DNA of 42,265 bases from Nitrososphaeraceae archaeon (lineage in GTDB: Archaea > Thermoproteota > Nitrososphaeria > Nitrososphaerales > Nitrososphaeraceae): contig DATADQ010000159.1 of NCBI GenBank assembly GCA_036258455.1, positions 1 through 42,265 of the forward strand, read 5' to 3'. This document shows, one piece after another, positions 1 through 7,268 of the stretch. The notes below the pieces were generated by a model, which was not told where the DNA came from, made no database searches, and worked only from the letters and a program-made list of their open reading frames with translations. Position 1 is the first letter of the stretch. Each line of letters opens with the position of its first letter. The position numbers and the translations under genes are program-made.

Positions 1-320
1 AGAAAAGGCCCAATCCCGATGGAATTTGCAAGCGATTGATACGCTACTTCATCATACATGTTCGCTCTATTTGCATCAGTTCTCCTTATCTTTAAAACAA
101 AATATCTACTTCCATATTTAACTAATGTTACCAAACCAACAGACCCCTTACCAAGTATATTTATCTTGTGCAATTGCACTTTACCAAATGAGAATACAGA
201 GTTAATATCCAAGGATAACAATTCTTGCATCCTACTGTCAAAAGTATTTTGGTCAAATAAGGGATAAGTCAGCAAAAATTTTAGGCTTTCCCTATTTTCA
301 CTGTCTAATAAATTCTCCAT
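1..320 (-). CDS. Archaeal Ser/Thr protein kinase (RIO-like), runs off the window edge
   Basis: Not in the ORF track. Manual translation from ATG at 320 gives MENLLDSENRESLKFLLTYPLF...INILGKGSVGLVTLVKYGSRYFVLKIRRTDANR..., with a Gly-rich loop LGKGxVG and a VLK Lys motif. Overlaps the cca stop, so probably operonic. Confidence 0.85.
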   Translation of the reverse strand, partial: MENLLDSENRESLKFLLTYPLFDQNTFDSRMQELLSLDINSVFSFGKVQLHKINILGKGSVGLVTLVKYGSRYFVLKIRRTDANRANMYDEVAYQSLANSIGIGPF

Positions 321-1656
321 CACGAACCATATGATCAATCGCATTGGAAATAAAAATACCCAGTTTTTTTCTCTCATTTCCCAAATATATAGAATAACCA
401 TTTTTAAGATCTAGTGAAATTCCGGTAGGGCTTCCTGATTCAATATCCTTTTGAATTATTTGACTTGTATGTTCTTTTATTGAAGTATTTTTTCTTTCTC
501 CAATAATTACAATTCTCATATCATCGGTCCATGTCATAATAGATTTCTTTACCCTTTTATCGATAAATGAATCTGTTTCTTTTTTTAGAAATACTTTAGG
601 TCCCACATTTAGATTTATTTTTGGAAGATTTGTAAATTCAATCATAAAAATAAACACTGCACGTTCATGCTCATCAGTAAAACAAAATTTCTTGATTATT
701 TCAAATCCTGCATTTTCTAGCTGCTTTGAAACGCTATTTAGTTTCTTCTTAAGCTGCCCCCACAATATATCGGGACTCCTTTTGTGTATTTTAAAATCAA
801 TTATTAACAAATTTGATTTGATATCACTCATAATTTTTGTATTTGACCTGTGCGATTTTATAAAAAATTCTGTGGATGGCGCTTTTAGAAAAAGTCTTGA
901 TGCCAGTACGAATTTTGCAAGGCACTCTGCTGATACCGCGGCTCCTAGGTTTCTGTTTGAATCAATGGGATCAATTATTATTATGGGACTTGCAAATTTT
1001 TCAATTGCTTTTTCGTCCGGTGAATCAAGTGAAACAACGTAGTTTGGACTCAGTTCGGCAAATATTTGGAGAACATTTCTGAATGAGCCGTATTTCAATA
1101 CAAGTACCTCTGTTACATACCCACTAAAACCTGAAACGGATATCTGAGATCCATATATTCCGATTGATTTTAAGAATTTTTTTAGCACCCTTACTTCACT
1201 TTTCAAAAATTCGTTTAACTTTCCCTGCATGAAAATGGTATGAAATGGAGATCTGTCTGCGGCACTTTTCCAATTATTCATTTGAACCCTGTAACATGGT
1301 ACTATGTTTATTCTAATTGCATCAACCTTTCCTTCAACATACGGATGTTCAGAATATCGTAAATAAGGTCTGTATTTTTTCAATGCGTAAAAACCGACCG
1401 ATTTACCTAGTTCTTCAAATTCTTTCCGCTCTACTGTAGTGTCTATCATTACAAAAAAGTCTATGTCAGGATCATCTTCAAGCCACGTACCTTTGGCATA
1501 CGAGCCGCCGACTATCACTTTTAAGATTCTCTTGTCTTGAAAGTTCATGATTTCATTCTGTATTTCTTTTGATATTTTTTCTAGCATCTTCTGTTTTGAC
1601 CTTGATGGTAAGGAGGATTCTGATACCTTTTGTGTAACGCCATCTATGGTATTCAT
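298..1656 (-). CDS. cca: CCA-adding enzyme (class I tRNA nucleotidyltransferase)
   Basis: GGSYAKGTWL..DIDFF nucleotidyltransferase motif, YSEHPYV, SAADRSPFH, GFSGYVTEVL, IIDPIDSNRNLGAA. Confidence 0.97.
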   Translation of the reverse strand: MNTIDGVTQKVSESSLPSRSKQKMLEKISKEIQNEIMNFQDKRILKVIVGGSYAKGTWLEDDPDIDFFVMIDTTVERKEFEELGKSVGFYALKKYRPYLRYSEHPYVEGKVDAIRINIVPCYRVQMNNWKSAADRSPFHTIFMQGKLNEFLKSEVRVLKKFLKSIGIYGSQISVSGFSGYVTEVLVLKYGSFRNVLQIFAELSPNYVVSLDSPDEKAIEKFASPIIIIDPIDSNRNLGAAVSAECLAKFVLASRLFLKAPSTEFFIKSHRSNTKIMSDIKSNLLIIDFKIHKRSPDILWGQLKKKLNSVSKQLENAGFEIIKKFCFTDEHERAVFIFMIEFTNLPKINLNVGPKVFLKKETDSFIDKRVKKSIMTWTDDMRIVIIGERKNTSIKEHTSQIIQKDIESGSPTGISLDLKNGYSIYLGNERKKLGIFISNAIDHMVRDGEFIRQ

Positions 1657-2219
1657 TTACCCTTCACACAAATTATGTTCTCATATATGGGACCTTGTGG
1701 TGTAGTCATGCTCTTTTTTACAGAAATTGTATCAATCCTGTCACTAATAGCATAACCGGATTCTACATCATGTAAATTCAAGTTTAGTGATACCTTCTTT
1801 GTTCTAAATAGTGTTATGTGTGGTATTATCTCTTTTTCTATCTCTTTTTCTAACTTTATGTCTAGTTCTATCAATTTAGATATCACCTTATAGGCCATTT
1901 GGTTGAATGCACGCTTTGTTGCTCCGTCCAATCCGATCCACACGACTTTAGCATGATTATTATTTGGAAAAGCTCCTATCGTGCCATAATTAATTTCAAA
2001 TGATTGAAATTCAATCTCAGAAATTTTGGTAACTATCTTGTCAAGTATTGAATTGTTTACTTCGCCAAAAAACACTAGAGTGAAATGAAAATTTTCTGGA
2101 AGTACCAGTTTTAAGTTTCTAATTTCCAAATTCAAATAGGAAATCAAATTTTGTTGAACCTTTTGAAGTTCGTTTTTTCTATAAATATCTGCAGCAATGA
2201 AAACTCGGCACAAGTACAA
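1653..2219 (-). CDS. thpR: RNA 2',3'-cyclic phosphodiesterase (2H family, 2'-5' RNA ligase)
   Basis: Two HxT motifs (FHFTLVFFG, PHITLFR), N-terminal RVFIA, C-terminal GPIYE; adjacent to cca. Confidence 0.92.
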   Translation of the reverse strand: MYLCRVFIAADIYRKNELQKVQQNLISYLNLEIRNLKLVLPENFHFTLVFFGEVNNSILDKIVTKISEIEFQSFEINYGTIGAFPNNNHAKVVWIGLDGATKRAFNQMAYKVISKLIELDIKLEKEIEKEIIPHITLFRTKKVSLNLNLHDVESGYAISDRIDTISVKKSMTTPQGPIYENIICVKGK

Positions 2220-2235
2220 ATTATCGAATTAACTA

Positions 2236-2250
2236 ATATTAAAATTTGAA
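2236..2250 (+). repeat. Left 15-bp direct repeat (attL core or target duplication)
   Basis: ATATTAAAATTTGAA, identical to 5217-5231. Confidence 0.88.
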
Positions 2251-2253
2251 GTA

Positions 2254-2268
2254 GCATATACTATGTTT
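2254..2268 (+). repeat. Left subterminal inverted-repeat arm
   Basis: GCATATACTATGTTT matches the reverse complement of 5194-5210 (GCATATAC-CA-TATGTTT) except for a 2-nt gap. Confidence 0.8.
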
Positions 2269-2274
2269 TTATAT
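2267..2274 (+). promoter_or_regulatory. Putative TATA box of the integrase
   Basis: TTTTATAT lies 21-28 nt upstream of ATG 2295, overlapping the end of the left IR arm. Confidence 0.5.
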
Positions 2275-2294
2275 CCTCTGGAACAACTTTAGAC

Positions 2295-3308
2295 ATGCAA
2301 AGACAAGAGCAAGACCAAGAGATCGAGATTCAATTGTTCTTTGATACAATAAAATCCAAAGAAACCAGGATTAAATATTCATCATACTTGAAAAAATACA
2401 CGGAAATAACAGGGATAGACGATTTATTATCTGAAAAAGACTCCCGATTGATTGAGCGACAGATAATAGAGTTTATCAACAAGATGAAAAAAGAAGGCAA
2501 GAACTGGGGAGCAATTCACAACTATGTTGCTATGATTTTAGCGTTTTACAAGATAAATGATATTGTGTTAAACACTAGGAAAATAAACATGTTTTTACCC
2601 GAACAAAGAAAGGTAAAGAAGGATAGGGGTTATGAGCACAAAGAAATTTCAAAAATGTTAGAAATTGCGGATGAAAGGATGCGGGTCGTAATTCTATTAC
2701 TGGCCTCTACAGGTATGAGGATTGGAGCAATTCCTTCATTGAAAATAAGGAATGTAGATAATACGAAAATTATAGTCTATGAAAACGATAAGGAAGAATA
2801 GATTACATTCATAACTCCAGAGTGCAAGACTGCTATAGAATCCTATGTGGATATGCGTTCTCGTTACGGTGAGAAAATAAACGACGAATCATATTTGATA
2901 AGGGAGCAATTTGATATTCGTGATAATTTTGCAATCGGTAAATGTAAGGGTATTGGTAGAGAATTACTACAATGGAAATTAAGAGATATTGCAAGACGTT
3001 CAAATGTGAGGTCTAAAGAGGTTCCTATTGCACATGGATTTAGAAAGTTCACAATGAAACAACTTGTAGATTCTAAAATAAACCCTGAGATTAGAGAGAT
3101 GTTGCTAGGCCATAAGATAGGTCTAGCCTCTGCATACTATAAGCCTACTGAAGAAGAAATGTATTATGAATATGAAAAGGCAATTGATAATTTAACTATA
3201 GATCCGAATCAAAGACTACGCAAGAAAATAGAAACTCTCCAGGTAGAGAAATCACTAATCGAGGATATGAATGCACGTTTACAAGAGTTGGAACGAAAAA
3301 GGGATTAG
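2295..3308 (+). pseudogene. Tyrosine recombinase/integrase interrupted by a single in-frame TAG (2799-2801)
   Basis: ORFs 2295-2801 and 2847-3308 share one frame and the gap is open (EE*ITFITPECKTAIESYVDMR). Catalytic motifs TGMRIGA (R), HGFRK (HxxR), LLGH (H) and SAYY (Y) are all present; 337 codons if read through. Confidence 0.9.
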
Positions 3309-3472
3309 TCAAACATTTTATTGTTGATGATGTTATAGAAAAACAGTTACTAAGACTGGGAACACAGCGCCACAGACTATTATTAGATCTTTGTGATACT
3401 AATGACAAGGACATTAACAATAAAATAACAATTGAACGCCTGATAGCAGATATCGACTTTAAAGTAATTGGG

Positions 3473-3679
3473 TTGATGGAGAGGTTAAATCAAAATATAG
3501 TACAGCATAGTGAAGCAGTTACACAACATATCAATAAAATTGCTGAAAATGAAAAATTAAAAACACGATATACTAGTCTCTTTGAACTATACAGGATTTC
3601 TATAGATTGTAGACAAGACCTCGACAAACTCAAGGAAAAAGTATGGGGTAAACAACAAGATAATGGTAGTAAAAAATAA
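3473..3679 (+). CDS. Hypothetical helical/coiled-coil protein; likely extends upstream to ~3302
   Basis: Frame is stop-free from 3191 to the stop at 3677-3679; protein-like sequence from ~3302 (LVKHFIVDDVIEKQLLRLGTQRHRLLLDL...). Confidence 0.55.
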   Translation: MMERLNQNIVQHSEAVTQHINKIAENEKLKTRYTSLFELYRISIDCRQDLDKLKEKVWGKQQDNGSKK

Positions 3680-3875
3680 AGTTAATTGTTTTGGTTTTTG
3701 GGATCCGCCGTACTCCAGATGGACACCAAGTTTGCGTTGTATCGTGCATCCTGGAACCAGGTTAGTGCATATGGAAGGAGACGATCCAAACATATTTCGC
3801 TGCAGCCAGTGCGGCAGTGTTCCCTATAAAGAAACCAAATCTGGCAGTGATAAACCTCATGTTGTTCGCAAGTAA
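3663..3875 (+). CDS. Small zinc-ribbon protein (CxxH...CxxC), paralog of 4644-5072, apparently internally deleted
   Basis: CIVH...CSQC; ends YKETKSGSDKPHVVRK, matching the C-terminus of 4644-5072. Confidence 0.7.
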   Translation: MVVKNKVNCFGFWDPPYSRWTPSLRCIVHPGTRLVHMEGDDPNIFRCSQCGSVPYKETKSGSDKPHVVRK

Positions 3876-3967
3876 GTAACGAAATAAAAAAGTTTGAAAG
3901 GATATATTATAAAATAGTAAACATCTTTTTAAAACTTTAAATATGTGCTTTTATTGGTAACCATAGA

Positions 3968-4552
3968 ATGATTAACTTCAATCTTGGAGGTATAACTGTA
4001 ATTTCGACAGTGGTCATTACTACTCTTGTTATATTACTTTCCACAACGCCTTTCATATCCACAGCATACGCAGCGGCCACCATAACATGTGATTCTTCAA
4101 GTAATCCTTGTAATGGCACTGCGGGGGATGACAATATGAAGGGAGATGAGGGGCACAATGAAATGAATGGTCTCGGAGGCAATGACCATATGAGCGGCGG
4201 CGGTGCTGATGATTTATTGAATGGCGGTGATGGTAGTGATAATATCAATGGCGGTGATGCTACTGATACTATCAATGCCGGTGATGGTAATGATAAATTG
4301 AGCGGCGGTTCTGGTGGCGATCATCTTTTTGGCGAATCGGGTAAAGATATTGTGAGTGGCGACAGTGGTGATGATAATATTTTCGGTGGGAATGATAATG
4401 ATAAATTGAGCGGAGGCTGGGGTGATGATCTTCTAAATGGAGGTCCTGGAGGAGACACCTATAAGTGTGGTGATACTGATGGCATTGATGAAATAGAGGA
4501 CTTTAGTGAGGCCTCAGGCGATACCAAATATAGTGACTGTGAAATCTTTTAG
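3968..4552 (+). CDS. Secreted RTX/hemolysin-type calcium-binding repeat protein
   Basis: Hydrophobic N-terminus with AYA-like cleavage site, then about a dozen GGxGxDxxx nonapeptides (e.g. GLGGNDHMS, GGDGSDNIN, GGWGDDLLN). Confidence 0.9.
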   Translation: MINFNLGGITVISTVVITTLVILLSTTPFISTAYAAATITCDSSSNPCNGTAGDDNMKGDEGHNEMNGLGGNDHMSGGGADDLLNGGDGSDNINGGDATDTINAGDGNDKLSGGSGGDHLFGESGKDIVSGDSGDDNIFGGNDNDKLSGGWGDDLLNGGPGGDTYKCGDTDGIDEIEDFSEASGDTKYSDCEIF

Positions 4553-4578
4553 ATTTGATCAAATGTAATGAAAAAATA

Positions 4579-4674
4579 TCATCCTTCTAGTTGAATCATC
4601 CCACAAGCCGGACACATATCCTGCGAATCTAGCCATTCACCGCATGATTTACAATGAGTGTCTTCATAGGTCAT
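4579..4674 (-). CDS. 31-aa CxxC-CxxC zinc-finger micro-protein
   Basis: Manual translation MTYEDTHCKSCGEWLDSQDMCPACGMIQLEG*; GGAGG (minus strand, 4683-4687) 8 nt upstream of the ATG. Confidence 0.65.
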   Translation of the reverse strand: MTYEDTHCKSCGEWLDSQDMCPACGMIQLEG

Positions 4675-5072
4675 TTCTTTCGCCTCCAATCATCATAGAT
4701 AGAAGACATTACAAATGGCAGGACTCAGATTGGCAGCAACCAGAGAAAACATGGCGCACTTGTTTAATTCATAAAGGTACTGCTTTGATTCCTTGGCGGG
4801 AAGAGCAGGGAATGTTGATCTGTCCTGACTGTGGATGTCGTTGGGCAGAAAAAGGAGCACCGGCACTAACAGATGAAGCAATCGCAGGCGTACATAAAAA
4901 GCAGCAAACTAAGATAGTACAGGGTACAAAGAAAAAGAAATTTTTCTCTAAGCAAGGTGATCTAATAACTGACGAGACATTAATCCAGGACGTTCTTCAG
5001 GGCAAAAATGTGATCAGTTACAAAGAAACAAAATCAGGCAGTGATAAACCCGTAGTGGTTAAGAAGAAATAA
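4644..5072 (+). CDS. Zinc-ribbon protein (CxxH...CPxCG) with basic C-terminal half; start uncertain
   Basis: CLIH...CPDCG; ends YKETKSGSDKPVVVKKK; paralog of 3663-3875. Confidence 0.75.
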   Translation: MIYNECLHRSFLSPPIIIDRRHYKWQDSDWQQPEKTWRTCLIHKGTALIPWREEQGMLICPDCGCRWAEKGAPALTDEAIAGVHKKQQTKIVQGTKKKKFFSKQGDLITDETLIQDVLQGKNVISYKETKSGSDKPVVVKKK

Positions 5073-5105
5073 AATAAAATAAAATAAATTTAAATTAGAT
5101 ATTCA

Positions 5106-5127
5106 AACGATACAGTACTGTACCGTT
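5106..5127. promoter_or_regulatory. 22-bp near-perfect palindrome near the element's right end
   Basis: AACGA-TACAGTACTGTA-CCGTT: perfect 12-bp core, one mismatched pair in the flanks. Confidence 0.5.
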
Positions 5128-5193
5128 AGACTTTCCTAAATACCAGTAGCGATAATTGAGCACGAAAAAAATAAAATGACTATTTCATTAACC

Positions 5194-5210
5194 AAACATA
5201 TGGTATATGC
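5194..5210 (-). repeat. Right subterminal inverted-repeat arm
   Basis: AAACATATGGTATATGC, inverse of 2254-2268 with 2 extra nt. Confidence 0.8.
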
Positions 5211-5216
5211 ATAATC

Positions 5217-5231
5217 ATATTAAAATTTGAA
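5217..5231 (+). repeat. Right 15-bp direct repeat (attR core or target duplication)
   Basis: ATATTAAAATTTGAA, identical to 2236-2250. Confidence 0.88.
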
Positions 5232-5330
5232 CAAAACTGAATTTAGAATGTGGTCTGGCGATATACCACTCATTTTATTGAAATTATCACTTTTTTATAG
5301 TAAATAATAAATAATTTACTAAAACTCATT

Positions 5331-5843
5331 TTGGGTATGTTGTTTGGAAGGGATAAGATTAAGGATGGAGATTATGTTTTTGTAACTCAAGAATATTCTG
5401 GAAAAATAAGGCTTGTTATTGGAAGAATCATCTCTTTAACCGATTCAGTCGCAAGGATCAGGGGTTCATATATTATCCCATTAGGTTTGATAGAGAAAGT
5501 TTCTTCTGGACGAGGTGAGGGAAGACCAAGAGAGGCTCTTCAAAATCCCGATCCCAATAATTGTATTTTCATGTTAATTGATAATGTGGAAACTGGAGAT
5601 TTTGATGAGGTAGTTGATATAAATTCATCAAAAATAAAGCGGATAAATGAAGAAAGGTTTCACGTACTTGATGGATGGATAAAAGAAAATCTTCCAGAAC
5701 TCTTTGCTAATGTATTAAGAGCTAAATCCGGTGAAGATAGAGCGCAAGCAAGGGCTATTTTATTAGAGAAAATGAATTCGCTTTATGAAAGAGATCTAAA
5801 GGATCACATGTATGCTGTGGCAAGAAGTACCAAAATATTGTGA
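5331..5843 (+). CDS. Hypothetical protein
   Basis: 170-aa ORF with globular-looking composition, co-oriented directly upstream of rpl12. Confidence 0.8.
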   Translation: MGMLFGRDKIKDGDYVFVTQEYSGKIRLVIGRIISLTDSVARIRGSYIIPLGLIEKVSSGRGEGRPREALQNPDPNNCIFMLIDNVETGDFDEVVDINSSKIKRINEERFHVLDGWIKENLPELFANVLRAKSGEDRAQARAILLEKMNSLYERDLKDHMYAVARSTKIL

Positions 5844-5887
5844 TTTTGAAAGTTTTATATTAAGGTCATGGTTAGAGCATTCTTAAA

Positions 5888-6199
5888 ATGGAATACGTAT
5901 ATGCTGCATTATTACTACACAAATTAAACAAGGATATCACTGAAGATAATGTAAAGAATGTCATAAAGGCTACTGGTGCAAATCCAGATGAAGTCAAGAT
6001 AAAGGCATTGGTAGCAGCTTTGAGCGAAGTAAATATAGACGAGTCACTAAAAGCAACTCCGATGGCCATGTCCGTGCCTGCTACCGCAGCTGCTGCTGAA
6101 ACTGGTGCGACACAAGCAAAAGATGAAAAGGAAGAAGAGAAAAAGGACGAAAAGAAGGAAGAAGAAGCTCTAGAAGGATTATCTTCATTGTTTGGTTAA
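5888..6199 (+). CDS. rpl12: 50S ribosomal stalk protein P1/L12
   Basis: [12 protein letters not shown]-terminus, Ala-rich hinge, acidic tail ending GLSSLFG. Confidence 0.98.
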   Translation: MEYVYAALLLHKLNKDITEDNVKNVIKATGANPDEVKIKALVAALSEVNIDESLKATPMAMSVPATAAAAETGATQAKDEKEEEKKDEKKEEEALEGLSSLFG

Positions 6200-6372
6200 G
6201 AGCTATTTTTTTCTGTCAATTTTTCCTATTTCCAGATTTTTTTATCTTGTCTTATTTTAGATAATGGAATTAATTGTACATCGTCTAGTCAATAAGAGTT
6301 TGGTAGCAAGTAGGCTTACCTGATCCGACTAGGTTCTCTCCAACTTTATATGCAAGGGTAAATTCTACTCGA

Positions 6373-7260
6373 TTAGCTAGGGGAATAACCCTTGTTCTTT
6401 AGTTGAGCAGCTAAATTGTTAGCCTTCAACGCTGATAGTGAAATTATTTGCCCGGCAGTCTCTTTCGACAAATAGTTTGATTCAAGTGCCAGAGATTGTG
6501 CATTTCTGGATGCCTTGGATAGTAAATATCCCATCGATTCTTTTGTAAAGTATCTTGATTCAACTGCAAGAGATATAGAGTCATTATGGGATCTGCTCAA
6601 TTCATTTCTAAATTCATTTAAATCAATTCTTAGATCAGTTTCTGCAAATACTAACTTGTCTGCAATAGCATAGTTAACTACGATTCCTGCTTCAATTGGT
6701 TTTATATTTAATTTTGATAGAAGAGACGCAAGTTTTGTAGATATTACATCGCCGGGCTTTGAAACGATTGTATCTTTACTTACCCATATTGTGCCTTGAT
6801 CTATCTTTGTAGGAACATTTGCTTCTTTGAATTCTGATAATACCGGACCTGGAGTTATTCCCGTATCGCCAGATGGAATCATTATTTCAGTTTTAGTTAT
6901 GTCTCCACCTTTTGCAGGTAGAAATACCTTATTTTGATCAAAAATTAGGTTAAGTTTGAAAGGACTAATATTGGTAAACATAAGCGCGCATTGTCCCTCC
7001 AACTGGGAACTCAATTTATCAATTCCCTGTACATCAGATATCTTTTCAAATGCTCTTTGCGTTACCCTGTTTTTAATTACTTTTATGATAATATCTTTGT
7101 GGAATTTTTTCCTTATCTTCATTAATTGTGTCGCTCGAACCTTATTTACTTTTGAAAGCGCAATTACACTGTATGATTTCGGCAGTTCAAGCATTTGTTG
7201 ATATAATTCCTGTTTTCCTTTCGGATAGCTTGTCCTCCTCTGTTTTTCAGTAGTCATCAT
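6373..7260 (-). CDS. rpl10: 50S ribosomal protein uL10 (P0)
   Basis: VIKNRV, FTNISPFKL, GDTGITPGPVLSEF, TKIDQGTI motifs. Confidence 0.97.
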   Translation of the reverse strand: MMTTEKQRRTSYPKGKQELYQQMLELPKSYSVIALSKVNKVRATQLMKIRKKFHKDIIIKVIKNRVTQRAFEKISDVQGIDKLSSQLEGQCALMFTNISPFKLNLIFDQNKVFLPAKGGDITKTEIMIPSGDTGITPGPVLSEFKEANVPTKIDQGTIWVSKDTIVSKPGDVISTKLASLLSKLNIKPIEAGIVVNYAIADKLVFAETDLRIDLNEFRNELSRSHNDSISLAVESRYFTKESMGYLLSKASRNAQSLALESNYLSKETAGQIISLSALKANNLAAQLKNKGYSPS

Positions 7261-7268
7261 TTATCTCC

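Larger units (their letters stand above)
2236..5231. mobile_element. Compact tyrosine-recombinase integrative element (~3.0 kb)
   Basis: Identical 15-bp ATATTAAAATTTGAA at 2236-2250 and 5217-5231; inverted repeats just inside both ends; integrase at the left end; non-housekeeping cargo. Confidence 0.88.

Noticed and set aside
58..267. Plus-strand 69-aa ORF
   Set aside because: Antisense shadow of the minus-strand kinase gene.
2799..2801. Pyrrolysine or genome-wide TAG recoding
   Set aside because: TAG serves as a normal stop for many genes here (e.g. ychF, pfdA, mdh, secY) and no pyl genes are seen.
2295..3308. SSV-type integrase split by integration into a tRNA
   Set aside because: The halves are contiguous, in frame and separated only by one stop codon; no tRNA sequence at either element end.
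3937..4275. Minus-strand Pro/Ser-rich ORF
   Set aside because: Antisense shadow of the Gly/Asp RTX repeats.
3876..4643. Integron-like array of repeated cassette sites around the RTX gene
   Set aside because: I found no repeated intergenic site on both sides of the cargo genes; only the coding YKETKSGSDKP motif repeats.
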